From Burkholderiales bacterium (lineage in GTDB: Bacteria; Pseudomonadota; Gammaproteobacteria; Burkholderiales; SG8-41): a stretch of 56,768 bases of DNA. The translations under genes and the position numbers were made by a program. The notes under the pieces are model-generated. The model worked only from the letters and a program-made list of their open reading frames with translations. It made no database searches and was not told the DNA's origin. The first letter of the stretch is position 1. Each line of letters starts with the position of its first letter. The stretch is taken from assembly GCA_046715035.1 (NCBI GenBank), contig JBKJZR010000314.1, forward strand, positions 1 to 56,768, written 5' to 3'. Positions 11,592 to 22,760 of the stretch are shown here, in pieces.

Positions 11592-13835
11592 TCAGGTCTC
11601 GAGCGGGTCGACGTCGAGCGCCCAGCGCACGTTACGCTCGGCGAACTCGTCGAGATAAGCCCGCCAGTCGCGCAGGAACACGTGCAGGGCGCTGCGCGAA
11701 CGCGACTGCACCGTGAGCTGTGCGCGCTCGACACCAGCGAGCCGTGACATGGCCGCAGGAACCGGGTCGTATAACGTCACCGCGGGAAAGGAGGCCCCGG
11801 CAACCTTGGCGCGCGCCAGAAATTCGAGCGCAGCGTCCATCCGTGGCCCCTCGGCGCGCAACACCGCCTGGTGGACGTAGGGGGGGAATCCAGCCTGCCT
11901 TCGTTCGGCAAGCTGCTCAAGTGCGAAAGCCGCATAGTCGTGCCGTTGCAGCGCCGAATACAGCGGGTGATCCGGGAATTCGGTCTGAATCAACACCTGC
12001 CCCACGCTTGCGCCCCGACCAGCGCGTCCCGCGACCTGGGTAAGGCGCGCATAGAGGCGCTCGGCGGCCCGAAAGTCGGTGCTATAGAGGGCGGCGTCCG
12101 CATTGATTACGCCGACGAGCGTCAGATGCGGGAAATCGTGGCCTTTGGCAAGGATTTGAGTGCCCACCAGGATATCGATCTCGCGATCCTGTATTTGGCG
12201 GCGCATTTCCACCCACGCGCGTTTGCGCCGTGTGGTGTCACGATCGATGCGCAGTATGCGCGCGTCGGCGAAGATACGCGTAAGGGCGGCCTCGATGCGC
12301 TGCGTGCCCTGTCCCAACGGCGCCAGATCCTGGTCGCCACACTCTGGGCAGGCCCCTGGAATCCTTTCCTGATGCCCGCAATGATGGCAGCGCAGGCGCT
12401 GGTCGCGAAGATGGACAACGAGCTTTGCTGAACAACGCGTGCACGCTGACATCCAGTCGCAGGCGGGGCAGCGCAGCACGGGCGCGTAGCCGCGGCGGTT
12501 GATGAAAATCAGACTTTGCTCGCCGCGACCGACGGCAGCGCGGACGGCGCCCAACAGGCTGGGGGCAAGGCCGTCGATGAGGGACTCCTGCCGCGTGTCT
12601 ACGCAGGCGATGTCCGGCAGCCTCGCGTTTACCCGGTGCGGCAGCTCGAGCAGACGATAGCGCCCCAACTGAGCCTGATGAAATGTTTCCAATGCCGGAG
12701 TCGCCGAACCGAGGACGATGGGGATGGCTCGCTGCTTCGCGCGCATGAGAGCGACGTCGCGCGCGGAGTAGCGCAATCCCTCGGTCTGTTTGAACGAGGA
12801 GTCGTGTTCTTCATCGACGATGATCAGGCGTAACTTCGGTAACGGGGTGAATACCGCGAGGCGGGTACCCAGTATCACCGCAGCTGAGCCGGCCTGCGCG
12901 GCGAGCCAGGAATGTAAGCGCTCGCTCTCGGTAAGACCGCTATGCAGCGTGATGATCGCCGAGGCGGGGAAGCGCGCTTGGACGACGGCCTCGAATTGGG
13001 GCGTGAGATTGATCTCGGGTACGAGGACCAGAGCCTGACCTCCCGACCTCAGAGCGTCGGCGATCAAGTGAAGATAAACCTCGGTTTTCCCGCTACCGGT
13101 AATGCCATGCAACAGGAAAGGCACGAATCCCGCTCCCGCGGTGCGCATCGCCTCGAGAGCGATTTCCTGTTCCCCGGTCAGCAAGTGCCCCTGAGCGATC
13201 TTGAGCGTGGCGGGCGCGCCCGGTGCATGTGCCGAGCGGCGTTCGACCAGCCCGACGGCAAGCAGCTCCTTCAGCACCGTGTGCGCGTGCCGAGGCATCG
13301 CGCCCAGCAATACCTCCTCGGACAGGAAATCAGCCGCGCGCAGACGGGCGATGAGTGCGCGCTTGACCGCGGCGCGACGGGGCAGCGCCGCCTGATCGAA
13401 CGTCCTTCCTGCCGGGGTGAGCCGGTAGGACCAGGAGTGTAGCGGCGCGAGCGGCTGTCGGCGCCGCAGCCGCGTTGGCAGTGCGTTCAGCACGGCCGCT
13501 CCGAGAGGATGATGGTAGTAATCGCTGCAGAACTCGAGCAGGCCGAGCACGTCTGCCGGCACCGGCGGGACGTCGCGGAGAATCTCCAGAACGTGGCGTA
13601 CCCGTTTCGGGGTCAGCGCTGTGGAGTGCGCGAGCTTCATGATGACCCCCACGGCGACCCGGTTGCGGAATGGAACCAACGCGCGCCGACCGACGTCGGC
13701 AGGGGTCGCTGCCGCAAGCCGGTAATCGAACAACCCGGGCACCGGCACATCCAGCGCAACTCTCACATACTCAAACTGCGCCAGATTCTCGGATTGCGCG
13801 TCCGGCTTCGAGTGTTTTCTCAGAAGTTGTGACAA
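11592..13835 (-). CDS. priA: Primosomal replication restart helicase PriA (start uncertain: TTG at 13835 or GTG at 13766)
   Basis: It has Walker A GITGSGKTEVY, the DEEH box (IIVDEEHDSSFK) and a Cys-rich zinc region (CPACD...CTRC...CHHCG...CPECG). The N-terminus VRVALDVPVPGLFDY is typical of PriA. Confidence 0.95.
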   Translation of the reverse strand: MSQLLRKHSKPDAQSENLAQFEYVRVALDVPVPGLFDYRLAAATPADVGRRALVPFRNRVAVGVIMKLAHSTALTPKRVRHVLEILRDVPPVPADVLGLLEFCSDYYHHPLGAAVLNALPTRLRRRQPLAPLHSWSYRLTPAGRTFDQAALPRRAAVKRALIARLRAADFLSEEVLLGAMPRHAHTVLKELLAVGLVERRSAHAPGAPATLKIAQGHLLTGEQEIALEAMRTAGAGFVPFLLHGITGSGKTEVYLHLIADALRSGGQALVLVPEINLTPQFEAVVQARFPASAIITLHSGLTESERLHSWLAAQAGSAAVILGTRLAVFTPLPKLRLIIVDEEHDSSFKQTEGLRYSARDVALMRAKQRAIPIVLGSATPALETFHQAQLGRYRLLELPHRVNARLPDIACVDTRQESLIDGLAPSLLGAVRAAVGRGEQSLIFINRRGYAPVLRCPACDWMSACTRCSAKLVVHLRDQRLRCHHCGHQERIPGACPECGDQDLAPLGQGTQRIEAALTRIFADARILRIDRDTTRRKRAWVEMRRQIQDREIDILVGTQILAKGHDFPHLTLVGVINADAALYSTDFRAAERLYARLTQVAGRAGRGASVGQVLIQTEFPDHPLYSALQRHDYAAFALEQLAERRQAGFPPYVHQAVLRAEGPRMDAALEFLARAKVAGASFPAVTLYDPVPAAMSRLAGVERAQLTVQSRSRSALHVFLRDWRAYLDEFAERNVRWALDVDPLET

Positions 13836-13862
13836 CGGGCTTAATCTGCAAATGCTTTTTTC

Positions 13863-13886
13863 TTGCCCACAGTGCGTTGTGGATAA
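13863..13886. promoter_or_regulatory. DnaA-box pair: perfect TGTGGATAA (13878-13886, the reverse complement of TTATCCACA) facing a degenerate TTGCCCACA (13863-13871)
   Basis: Read directly in the AT-rich spacer upstream of priA. A third box, TGTGCATAA (fits TTATNCACA), is at 14060-14068. Confidence 0.4.
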
Positions 13887-14113
13887 GTTTGTTGATTAAT
13901 TTTTAGGCGGTTGGAGATGCGCGCGAGCGAACCGCCGGCGCCGTGCTTGTCGCAAAAGCGGACCGACCTGGAAATTAGTAATGAATTCAATTAATTATAC
14001 GTGCGCTGGCAAAATCCGAGACAGTGTTGCTCCTGCGGCGCCATCCTGAGCTCGCTGCCTGTGCATAAGTTGCAGAGGGAAGCCGCCCGGAAACCCAGTA
14101 TTGGCGCGGGTTT

Positions 14114-15172
14114 TCAGTGGTACTCGCCGCTTGCGGCGTGCACCGCGGAGACCAACGCGGACACGTTCTCGGGCGGTGTATGTTGGGAAATTCCATGGCC
14201 GAGATTGAATACGTGTCCCGGTCCGGAGCCGAAACTGGCAAGCACCCTCCGTGCCTCGATGCCGACCACGTCCGGATTGGAAAGCAACACCGCAGGATCG
14301 AGATTTCCCTGCAATGCGACCCGCTGCCCGACGCGCGCGCGCACCGCGCCGAGATCAACGGTCCAGTCGAGTCCGATGCCGTCGCACCCTATCGCCGCGA
14401 TGCTTTCGAGCCACGGGCCGCCGCCTTTGGTGAACACGATACTGGGCACGCGTTCGCCACCGTGAGCCTTGGTCAGCCCGCTGATGACCTGCCGGGTATA
14501 CGCAAGGGAAAACTCATGGAACTGCGCGTGCGCGAGCATTCCGCCCCATGTGTCGAAGACCATGACGGCTTGTGCGCCAGCCTCGATCTGCGCGTTTAAG
14601 TAAGTGGTTACTGCCGCTGCATTAACGGCCAGGATTCGATGCAACAGGTCGGCTCGCTTGTAGAGCATGCTCTTCACTTCAGCGAAATCGGAACCGCCAT
14701 GGCCCTGGATCATGTAGCACGCGAGCGTAAAAGGGCTGCCTGAAAATCCGATCAGCGGCACGCTGCCCGCGAGTGCACGGCGGACCTGGGCGACGGTGTC
14801 GATGACATACCGCAGCTGATCGGGGTGGGGAGCGACGAGACTGCGGATGTCGGTTTCGGAGCGCAACGGTCGCTCGAACCGCGGTCCTTCCCCGGGTGTG
14901 AAAAATAGGCCGAGCCCCATTGCGTCGGGTATCGTCAGGATGTCGGAAAACACGATCGCGGCGTCCAGTGGGAAACGCGCAAGCGGCTGGAGGGTAACTT
15001 CGGTCGCCAGGTCTGGATTGCGGCAAAGGGCGAGAAAGTCGCCGGCCAACGCCCGCGTTTCGTTGTACTCCGGGAGATAGCGACCCGCCTGGCGCATGAG
15101 CCAGATCGGGGTATGCGATGTAGGTTCGCGCAACAGCGCGCGGATGAGCGAATCGTTTTGGAGTCGGTACAT
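14114..15172 (-). CDS. hemE: Uroporphyrinogen decarboxylase
   Basis: The internal ATG at 15172 gives [36 protein letters not shown]..., the canonical HemE N-terminus, for 352 aa. The upstream extension in the track ORF has no homology-like features. Confidence 0.95.
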   Translation of the reverse strand: MYRLQNDSLIRALLREPTSHTPIWLMRQAGRYLPEYNETRALAGDFLALCRNPDLATEVTLQPLARFPLDAAIVFSDILTIPDAMGLGLFFTPGEGPRFERPLRSETDIRSLVAPHPDQLRYVIDTVAQVRRALAGSVPLIGFSGSPFTLACYMIQGHGGSDFAEVKSMLYKRADLLHRILAVNAAAVTTYLNAQIEAGAQAVMVFDTWGGMLAHAQFHEFSLAYTRQVISGLTKAHGGERVPSIVFTKGGGPWLESIAAIGCDGIGLDWTVDLGAVRARVGQRVALQGNLDPAVLLSNPDVVGIEARRVLASFGSGPGHVFNLGHGISQHTPPENVSALVSAVHAASGEYH

Positions 15173-15275
15173 GGTGAATGGGGCTACTGCAGGATTGCCT
15201 GCCGGGCGGTGGCGACGCGAAAGGAACGCGGCGGAACGAAAGAGGCCGTTCGTTGCCGTTTTTGAGCGGGCGAAC

Positions 15276-16733
15276 TTATCGCGGCAATACGGAAGCACCC
15301 ATCAAAAACTCGTCGACCGCGCGTGCGCATTGGCGGCCCTCGCGGATCGCCCATACCACTAACGACTGACCGCGTCGGACATCACCTGCCGCGTAGACTT
15401 TGGGAATCGAGGTCGCGTAGCAGCCTCGTCCGTCGGTCGTGGCCTGCGCGTTGCCGCGGGCGTCTTTGCGCACGCCGAAGGCATCGAGCATCGTTGGTAC
15501 GGGTCCGACAAAGCCCATTGCGAGCAAAACCAGATCGGCGGGTATCGCGAATTCCGAACCCGCGACTTCCTGCATCTTGCCGTCCCGCCATTCAACGCGT
15601 GCTGCGACCAGCTTCTCGACTTTGCCGGCGCGGCCTTCGAAGCGTTTGGTCGCCACCGCCCAGTCGCGGTGCGCACCCTCTTCGTGGGACGAGGAAGTGC
15701 GCAGCCGTTGCGGCCAATAAGGCCATACCGGGTTGACGTCGAGGTCGGGTGGCATCGGCAGCAGTTCAAGCTGGGTGATCGATTTGGCGCCGTGACGGTT
15801 CGACGTGCCGATGCAGTCGGAACCGGTATCGCCGCCGCCGATCACCACCACGTGCCTGCCGCTGGCCCACAACTCGCGGACGTTAGGATCCCCCGCCACG
15901 CGGCGATTCTGCAGGGGCAGGAAGTCCATGGCGAAATGGATACCGTCCAGCTCGCGGCCCGGCACGGGCAAATCCCGCGGCTGTTCTGCACCGCCGGTTA
16001 GCACGACGGCGTCGAATTCTTCCAGAACCGTTGCCGGCTCGACCGCCGCCGCCGCGGCGTTACCGGCGGCGACCGGCGCGGGGCCGACCATGTAACCGGT
16101 TTTGAACTCGACGCCTTCGGCGGCCATCTGCTTCATGCGGCGGTCGATCAGCCATTTTTCCATCTTGAAGTCCGGGATGCCGTAGCGCAGCAGTCCCCCG
16201 ATGCGATCGTTCTTCTCGAACACGACGACAGCGTGGCCCACCCGCGCCAATTGTTGCGCACACGCGAGCCCGGCTGGCCCGGAACCGATCACCGCGACGC
16301 GCTTGCCAGTTTTAGTCGCAGGGGGCATGGGCTCGACCCAGCCCTCTTCCCACGCCTTGTCGATGATCGCGTGCTCGATCGACTTGATACCCACGGGATC
16401 ATTGTTGATGCGCAGAGTGCAGGCTTCTTCGCACGGCGCAGGACAGATACGCCCCGTGAATTCGGGAAAGTTATTGGTCGAGTGCAGGGTCTCGATCGCG
16501 TTGCGCCAGTCTTGCTGATAAACCAGATCGTTGAAATCCGGTATGACATTATTCACGGGGCAACCCGTCATGCAGAACGGTATGCCGCAGTCCATGCAGC
16601 GCGCGCCCTGCACTTTCGCTTCGTTGTCACCGAGGCGGTGTACGAACTCGCGATAGTGCTGCTTGCGCGAGTCGGTGTCGTCACTCGCCTCCTGAAGGCG
16701 CTGAAACTCGAGAAAACCGGTGACTTTACCCAT
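15276..16733 (-). CDS. gltD: Glutamate synthase (NADPH) small subunit
   Basis: It has Fe-S cysteine clusters (CMDCGIPFC...GCPV), the NAD(P)/FAD dinucleotide motifs [14 protein letters not shown] and [13 protein letters not shown]. Length is 485 aa and it lies directly downstream of gltB. Confidence 0.95.
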   Translation of the reverse strand: MGKVTGFLEFQRLQEASDDTDSRKQHYREFVHRLGDNEAKVQGARCMDCGIPFCMTGCPVNNVIPDFNDLVYQQDWRNAIETLHSTNNFPEFTGRICPAPCEEACTLRINNDPVGIKSIEHAIIDKAWEEGWVEPMPPATKTGKRVAVIGSGPAGLACAQQLARVGHAVVVFEKNDRIGGLLRYGIPDFKMEKWLIDRRMKQMAAEGVEFKTGYMVGPAPVAAGNAAAAAVEPATVLEEFDAVVLTGGAEQPRDLPVPGRELDGIHFAMDFLPLQNRRVAGDPNVRELWASGRHVVVIGGGDTGSDCIGTSNRHGAKSITQLELLPMPPDLDVNPVWPYWPQRLRTSSSHEEGAHRDWAVATKRFEGRAGKVEKLVAARVEWRDGKMQEVAGSEFAIPADLVLLAMGFVGPVPTMLDAFGVRKDARGNAQATTDGRGCYATSIPKVYAAGDVRRGQSLVVWAIREGRQCARAVDEFLMGASVLPR

Positions 16734-16780
16734 GTCGACGCTTTCGAATCAGATGCGGTAGTCGGACAGCCGCCGCGGCG

Positions 16781-19700
16781 TCATGCCGCCACCTTGCGTC
16801 CCGCGATCGCCAGTTCGGTGAGCGCGCGCTTGTACTCTTTCGGGAAAACCTTGACGAAACGCAAGCGATACGTGCCCCATTGCTCGAGTATGTCGCGGGC
16901 ACGGCCGCTGCCGGTGTAACGCGCATGATTTTCGATGAGGCGTCTGAGCACTGCTTCATCGGACTGCCCGAGGTGCCAGATATCGCGCGGCATCTTGGCC
17001 TGCTGTTCGGATTCAGACAGCACTGGCTCGAGATCGACCATCGCCGCATTGCAGTATTTTACGAACTGACCGTCTTCGTCGAAGACGTAAGCGATCCCGC
17101 CCGACATCCCGGCGGCGAAATTGCGCCCCGTCGCGCCCAACACCGCCACCGTCCCGCCGGTCATGTATTCGCAGCCGTGATCGCCGACGCCCTCGACGAC
17201 GGCCTGCGCGCCCGAATTGCGCACGGCGAAGCGCTCACCGGCGACACCACGGAAATAGGCCTCGCCGGCGATCGCCCCATAGAGCACGACGTTGCCCGTG
17301 ATGATATTGACGGCAGGATCGCCGCGGAACTTGGGCGAAGGCTGCACGCTGATGCGCCCGCCGGAAAGGCCTTTGCCGCAGTAATCGTTGGTGTCGCCGA
17401 TGAGGTCGATCGTCACACCCCGGGCGAGAAACGCCCCCAGGCTCTGACCTGCAGAACCGGCGAAGCGGATGTGGATCGTGTCGTCCGGCAGGCCCTCGTG
17501 ACCGTAGCGGCGCGCGATTTCGCCGGAAAGCATCGTTCCGACCGTACGGTTGATGTTGCGAATCGGCATCTCGATCGTAACCTTTTCGCGCTTTTGCAGC
17601 GCCGGCGCCGCAAGTTCGATCAAACGGTGATCGAGCGCGCGATCGAGGCCGTGATCCTGACGTTCGCTGTTGTAGCGCGCGACCTCCGCAGGCACGAGCG
17701 GCTGATAGAAGATCTTCGAAAAATCGAGGCCCTGTGCTTTCCAGTGCGCGATGCCTTTGCGGGTGTCGAGCAGGTCGGGACGGCCGATCAGGTCGTTGAA
17801 CTTGCGGATGCCCAGCTGCGCCATCAGTGCGCGCGCTTCCTCCGCTACGAAGAAAAAGTAATTGATCACGTGCTCGGGCTTGCCGCGAAATTTTTCGCGC
17901 AGCACCGGGTCCTGCGTGGCCACGCCGACCGGACACGTGTTGAGGTGACACTTGCGCATCATGATGCAGCCGGTTACCACCAGCGGCGCGGTCGCGAAAC
18001 CGAACTCGTCCGCGCCCAGCAGCGCGCCTATCACCACGTCGCGCCCCGTTTTCATCTGGCCGTCGGCCTGCACCGTGATCCGCCCCCGCAGCCGGTTCAG
18101 CACCAGCGTCTGCTGCGTCTCGGCGAGCCCCAGCTCCCACGGCGTGCCTGCATGCTTGATCGATGACCAGGGACTTGCGCCGGTGCCGCCATCGTGACCG
18201 GAGATCGTCACGTGGTCGGCCTTGGCTTTGGCCACCCCCGCGGCGACAGTGCCCACGCCGATCTCGGACACCAGCTTGACGCTGATCGAAGCGCGCGAAT
18301 TGGCGTTCTTGAGATCGTGGATGAGTTGCGCCAGATCCTCGATCGAGTAGATGTCGTGGTGAGGCGGCGGCGAAATGAGCTCCACGCCGGGCGTCGAATA
18401 GCGCAGCAGCGCGATGTATTCGGAAACCTTGCGTCCGGGCAGCTGGCCGCCTTCCCCCGGCTTGGCGCCTTGCGCCATCTTGATCTGGATCTGTTCAGCC
18501 GAAGCCAGGTATTCGGCCGTCACGCCGAAGCGGCCGGACGCTACCTGCTTGATCTTGGATTTGAGCAGATCACCCTCTCTGAGCTCGATGTCGCGTGCGA
18601 TCGATCCCCGCCCGAGCCGCGAGGCCAGCGTCTCGCCCGCCTGCACCGGCGCGTACCGGTTGCGGTCTTCTCCGCCTTCGCCGGTGTTCGACTTGCCACC
18701 GATACGGTTCATGGCGATGGCAAGCGTCGTGTGGGCTTCCGTCGAAATCGATCCCAGGGACATGGCGCCGGTAGAAAAACGCTTGACGATCTCGGCCGCA
18801 GGCTCGACCTCCGCGATCGGCACGGGGTTGCACGCGTCGAAGCGGAAATCGAACAGCCCGCGAAAAGTCATGTGCCGGTGCGACTGGTCATTGATGAGCT
18901 GCGCGTATTCCTGATAGGTTGCGAGCGAGTTTTCGCGCGTGGCATGCTGCAGCCTGGCGATCGCGTCCGGCGTCCACATATGCTCTTCGCCGCGCACACG
19001 ATACGCGTATTCACCGCCGGCATCGAGGGCGTGCGCGAGCAGCGGGTCGGCACCGAACGCCGCGTCATGGATGCGAATCATTTCCTCGGCGATCGCGAAT
19101 ACGTCGATGCCTTCGATGTTCGAGGTGGTGCCGGCGAAATATTTGTCGACCAGCGTGCGCGACAGGCCAACCGCTTCGAAAATCTGCGCCCCCGTGTACG
19201 ACATGTAAGTCGAGATGCCCATCTTGGACATCACTTTGCGCAGACCCTTGCCGATGGCTTTGATAAACCCTTTGCACGCCTTGCCCGCGCCCTCTGCCGA
19301 GCCTGGCTGCCCCTGTCCGAGCGCCGCCACCGTTTCGAGCGCCAGGTACGGATGCACCGCTTCGGCGCCGTATCCGCCGAGCAGCGCGAAATGATGCACT
19401 TCGCGCGCCGAACCGGTTTCGACTACGAGACCCGTTGACGTGCGCAAACCTTTGCCGACGAGATGGTGGTGGATCGCCGACAACGCGAGCAACGCCGGGA
19501 TCGCAACATGGGTGCGGTCGAGTTTGCGGTCGGAAATGATCAGGATCGTATAGCCCGAGCGCACTGCATCCTCGGCCTGTGCGCGCAGGCTCGCCAGCCG
19601 GGCCTCGATCGCCTCCCGCCCCCAGGCGCGCGGATAGGTGATATCGAGCTCGTAGGAGCGGAACTTTCCATCCGTGTAGCGCTCGACGTGACGCAGGGTT

Positions 19701-21430
19701 TCCATCTGCTCGAAATTCAGCACCGGCTGCGAGACTTCCAGTCGCAGCGGGGGGTTCATTTCGTCGATGCCGAGCAAATTCGGCTTGGGCCCGATGAACG
19801 ATACGAGGGAAGTGACGAGCTCTTCGCGAATAGGGTCGATCGGCGGATTAGTGACCTGCGCGAACAGCTGCTTGAAATAATGGTAAATCGTCTTGTTCTT
19901 GTCCGACAGCACCGCCAGCGGCGAATCGTTGCCCATCGAGCCCACTGGCTCTTCGCCATTGACGGCCATCGGCGTCATTAGAAACTTGACGTCTTCCTGC
20001 GAGTAGGCGAATGCCTGCTGGCGGTCGAGCAGCGACTCGAGCGGGGGGTCTCGCGTTTCCGTGGGCGGCGGCAGATCGTCGAGCTTGATGCGGATGCGCT
20101 CTATCCATTCGCCATAAGGCTTGGCATTGGCGAGCGTATCTTTGAGTTCCTTGTCGTCGACGATGCGGCCTTTTTCAAGGTCGACGAGAAACATCTTGCC
20201 GGGCTGCAGCCGCCAGCGCTGCACGATCTTTTCCTCGGGGACGGGCAGGCAGCCGCATTCCGAGCCCATGATCACCAGATCGTCGTCGGTCACGATATAG
20301 CGCGCGGGACGCAGACCGTTGCGGTCGAGGGTCGCGCCGATCTGCCGGCCGTCGGTGAAAGCGATCGCCGCGGGCCCGTCCCATGGCTCCATCATCGCCG
20401 CGTGATACTCGTAGAACGCGCGGCGGTTTGCGTCCATCAAAGTGTGGCTTTCCCAGGCCTCGGGTATCATCATCATCATCGCGTGAGCGACCGAGTAACC
20501 GCTCATCACCAGCAGCTCGAGCGCATTGTCGAACGATGCGGAATCCGACTGGCCGTGGTAGATCAGCGGCCAAAGTTTGTCGAGGTCCTTACCAAGGATC
20601 GGGCTCGATATCGCGCCTTGGCGCGCGCGTATCCAGTTGACGTTGCCGCGCAACGTGTTGATCTCGCCGTTATGCGCGATGAGCCGGAACGGATGCGCTA
20701 AGTCCCACGTCGGAAAGGTGTTCGTCGAAAATCGCTGATGCACGAGCGCAAGCGCCGAGATGACGCGCGTATCCTGCAGATCCCGATAGTAGGCGCCGAC
20801 CTGTCCCGCGAGCAGCATTCCCTTGTAAACCACGGTGCGCGCCGACATCGACGGCACATAGAATTCCTGGCCGTGGGCGAGGTTGAGTGCCTGGATCGCA
20901 TGGCCTGAGCCCTTGCGGATGATATACAGCTTGCGCTCGAGCGCATCCGTTACGGTTACGCCCTGGCCGCGGCCGATGAAGACCTGGCGGATCACCGGCT
21001 CGATGCGTTTAACCGAGGCGCCCAGTCCCGCGTTGTCGCACGGCACGTCGCGCCATCCAAGCAGGGTCTGCCCTTCCTCCTTGATCGCCCGCTCGATTTC
21101 GTATTCACACGCCAGGCGCGACGCAGGTTCCTGCGGCAGGAATACCATGCCGACCCCGTACTGCCCGGCGGGCGGGAGTTTCACGCCTTGTTTGGCCATC
21201 TCCTCACGGAACAAAGCGTCTGGAATCTGCAGCATGATGCCCGCGCCATCGCCAGCGAGGGGGTCCGCGCCGACCGCGCCGCGATGGGTCAGATTCTTGA
21301 GGATCTGCAGGCCCTGCTCGATGATCGCGTGGGATTTGCGTCCCTTGATGTTCGCAACGAAGCCCACCCCGCAAGCATCATGCTCGTGAGCAGGATCGTA
21401 GAGTCCTTGGGCGGCGGGCGGATAGGTCAC
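16781..21430 (-). CDS. gltB: Glutamate synthase (NADPH) large subunit (GTG start)
   Basis: The Ntn-amidotransferase start ...[14 protein letters not shown] is followed by central, FMN and GXGXG beta-helix domains over 1549 aa. A GAGAGG Shine-Dalgarno sequence lies 7 nt upstream of the GTG. Confidence 0.97.
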   Translation of the reverse strand: MTYPPAAQGLYDPAHEHDACGVGFVANIKGRKSHAIIEQGLQILKNLTHRGAVGADPLAGDGAGIMLQIPDALFREEMAKQGVKLPPAGQYGVGMVFLPQEPASRLACEYEIERAIKEEGQTLLGWRDVPCDNAGLGASVKRIEPVIRQVFIGRGQGVTVTDALERKLYIIRKGSGHAIQALNLAHGQEFYVPSMSARTVVYKGMLLAGQVGAYYRDLQDTRVISALALVHQRFSTNTFPTWDLAHPFRLIAHNGEINTLRGNVNWIRARQGAISSPILGKDLDKLWPLIYHGQSDSASFDNALELLVMSGYSVAHAMMMMIPEAWESHTLMDANRRAFYEYHAAMMEPWDGPAAIAFTDGRQIGATLDRNGLRPARYIVTDDDLVIMGSECGCLPVPEEKIVQRWRLQPGKMFLVDLEKGRIVDDKELKDTLANAKPYGEWIERIRIKLDDLPPPTETRDPPLESLLDRQQAFAYSQEDVKFLMTPMAVNGEEPVGSMGNDSPLAVLSDKNKTIYHYFKQLFAQVTNPPIDPIREELVTSLVSFIGPKPNLLGIDEMNPPLRLEVSQPVLNFEQMETLRHVERYTDGKFRSYELDITYPRAWGREAIEARLASLRAQAEDAVRSGYTILIISDRKLDRTHVAIPALLALSAIHHHLVGKGLRTSTGLVVETGSAREVHHFALLGGYGAEAVHPYLALETVAALGQGQPGSAEGAGKACKGFIKAIGKGLRKVMSKMGISTYMSYTGAQIFEAVGLSRTLVDKYFAGTTSNIEGIDVFAIAEEMIRIHDAAFGADPLLAHALDAGGEYAYRVRGEEHMWTPDAIARLQHATRENSLATYQEYAQLINDQSHRHMTFRGLFDFRFDACNPVPIAEVEPAAEIVKRFSTGAMSLGSISTEAHTTLAIAMNRIGGKSNTGEGGEDRNRYAPVQAGETLASRLGRGSIARDIELREGDLLKSKIKQVASGRFGVTAEYLASAEQIQIKMAQGAKPGEGGQLPGRKVSEYIALLRYSTPGVELISPPPHHDIYSIEDLAQLIHDLKNANSRASISVKLVSEIGVGTVAAGVAKAKADHVTISGHDGGTGASPWSSIKHAGTPWELGLAETQQTLVLNRLRGRITVQADGQMKTGRDVVIGALLGADEFGFATAPLVVTGCIMMRKCHLNTCPVGVATQDPVLREKFRGKPEHVINYFFFVAEEARALMAQLGIRKFNDLIGRPDLLDTRKGIAHWKAQGLDFSKIFYQPLVPAEVARYNSERQDHGLDRALDHRLIELAAPALQKREKVTIEMPIRNINRTVGTMLSGEIARRYGHEGLPDDTIHIRFAGSAGQSLGAFLARGVTIDLIGDTNDYCGKGLSGGRISVQPSPKFRGDPAVNIITGNVVLYGAIAGEAYFRGVAGERFAVRNSGAQAVVEGVGDHGCEYMTGGTVAVLGATGRNFAAGMSGGIAYVFDEDGQFVKYCNAAMVDLEPVLSESEQQAKMPRDIWHLGQSDEAVLRRLIENHARYTGSGRARDILEQWGTYRLRFVKVFPKEYKRALTELAIAGRKVAA

Positions 21431-21447
21431 GGTCTACCTCTCGAGTC

Positions 21448-21476
21448 AAAAAAGGCCGGCGGGTAGCCGGCCGGCC
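21448..21476 (-). terminator. Intrinsic terminator-like hairpin plus U6 between dgt and gltB
   Basis: The minus strand reads GGCCGGC-taccc-GCCGGCC followed by TTTTTT. This is a 7-bp GC stem with a 5-nt loop, and it ends 18 nt upstream of the gltB GTG. Confidence 0.6.
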
Positions 21477-21504
21477 TGGAAGCAAAACGCGCGGAAACGC
21501 CCCG

Positions 21505-21533
21505 AATATACCGTGTCGGACCGGAGACTTCAA
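21505..21533 (-). promoter_or_regulatory. Candidate sigma70 promoter for gltBD
   Basis: The minus strand has TTGAAG (-35, 21533-21528), an exactly 17-nt spacer, then TATATT (-10, 21510-21505). The -35 lies inside the perfect palindrome TTCAAGGCCTTGAA (21529-21542). Confidence 0.4.
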
Positions 21534-21590
21534 GGCCTTGAAAACCCGGGGTAATCCCACTTGCGATGTGGCGATGCTGCGCCGCGCCAA

Positions 21591-22760
21591 TCAGATTTCG
21601 TCGACTGCGAACAGGCGCCGGTGTTCGCGCATGGCATAGCGGTCGGTCATGCCCGCGATGTAGTCCGCGACCGAGCGCGCGAGGGACGCATTGATTTGCG
21701 GGCGGTGTTGCGGCGGCAACAGACGCGGATCGTCGAAGAACGCCTCGAACAGGTCGCACACGATGCGCCGCGCCTTGTTGGTCATTCGCGCCACCTGATG
21801 GTGCTGGTAGAGGTTGCTCCGCAAGAACTGCTTGAGTTCGTGCTGCTGGCGCTGGATGCTGGCCCCGAATGCGATCAGGGGCGGCGCATTGCGCACATCA
21901 TCCAGCGAGCGGGGACGGCGGGCGCGCACGTTACGCGCGCTATGACGCGTCAAATCGACGACCAGCGTGCTGATCATGCGCCTGACGGTTTCGTGAACGA
22001 GCCGCCGGCGGTCGATTCGAGGGAATTCGCCGCGCACCTGTCTGGCGTGGCGGGCGAAGATCGACACCTCGTCGAGTTGCTCGACCGACAGCAATCCCGA
22101 GCGCAGCCCGTCATCGACGTCGTGATTGTTATAGGCGATCTGGTCGGCAACGTTCGCGAGCTGGGCCTCGAGCGAGGGCCGCTGCTTCTCGAGAAAGCGT
22201 GCGCCCACGTCACCCAGCAACCGCGCATTCTTTGTCGAGCAGTGTTTGAGGATGCCTTCGCGCGTCTCAAAGCACAGGTTAAGGCCGTCGAAGGCCGCAT
22301 AGCGTTGCTCGAGCAGATCGACGACGCGCAGCGACTGCAAATTGTGCTCGAAGCCGCCATGCGGCTTCATGCAGTCGTGAAGGGCATCCTGGCCGGCATG
22401 CCCGAACGGCGTATGGCCGAGATCGTGCGCGAGCGAAATGGCCTCGACCAGATCCTCGTTTAGCTGCAGGCTGCGCGCCACCGACCGCGCGATCTGGGCG
22501 ACCTCGAGGCTGTGCGTGAGCCGCGTACGGAACAAGTCGCCCTCATGGTTGACGAAGACCTGGGTCTTGTATTCGAGGCGCCGGAACGCGGTCGAATGGA
22601 TGATTCGATCGCGGTCGCGCTGGAACTCGCTGCGCCCTTGCGGCGCAGGTTCGCGCAGACGCCGGCCGCGCGAGTTGTCGTTGCCGACCGCATAGGGTGC
22701 GAGTTCAGGCACGCGCCACGGAGTCTGCCAGCGCGGTGGCCAGCGCGCTGGGGGGGACAT
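21591..22760 (-). CDS. dgt: Deoxyguanosinetriphosphate triphosphohydrolase-like HD-domain protein (start 22760 ATG or 22712 GTG)
   Basis: It has the dNTP triphosphohydrolase motifs [34 protein letters not shown] and [10 protein letters not shown]. Length is 389 aa. An ATG start would overlap the aroB 3' end by 56 nt, while the GTG at 22712 overlaps by only 8 nt. Confidence 0.9.
   Translation of the reverse strand: MSPPARWPPRWQTPWRVPELAPYAVGNDNSRGRRLREPAPQGRSEFQRDRDRIIHSTAFRRLEYKTQVFVNHEGDLFRTRLTHSLEVAQIARSVARSLQLNEDLVEAISLAHDLGHTPFGHAGQDALHDCMKPHGGFEHNLQSLRVVDLLEQRYAAFDGLNLCFETREGILKHCSTKNARLLGDVGARFLEKQRPSLEAQLANVADQIAYNNHDVDDGLRSGLLSVEQLDEVSIFARHARQVRGEFPRIDRRRLVHETVRRMISTLVVDLTRHSARNVRARRPRSLDDVRNAPPLIAFGASIQRQQHELKQFLRSNLYQHHQVARMTNKARRIVCDLFEAFFDDPRLLPPQHRPQINASLARSVADYIAGMTDRYAMREHRRLFAVDEI

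Noticed and set aside
13836-14113. The priA-hemE spacer as the chromosomal origin (oriC), by analogy with hemE-linked origins in alpha-proteobacteria.
   Set aside because: Only one perfect and two relaxed DnaA boxes are present. There is no array of five or more boxes, no tandem 13-mer-type unwinding repeats, and the spacer is under 300 bp. In beta-proteobacteria oriC is normally near dnaA/rpmH. I keep it only as a possible DnaA-regulated or titration site.
16880-19438. Plus-strand ORFs of 428 aa and 414 aa inside gltB, and similar ORFs of 200-430 aa opposite mrcA (29943-31229), pilQ, pilM, lptD, surA and dgt.
   Set aside because: All lie entirely within, and antisense to or out of frame with, strongly supported genes. 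All have an Arg/Ala/Gly/His-biased composition. None has motifs or its own intergenic context.
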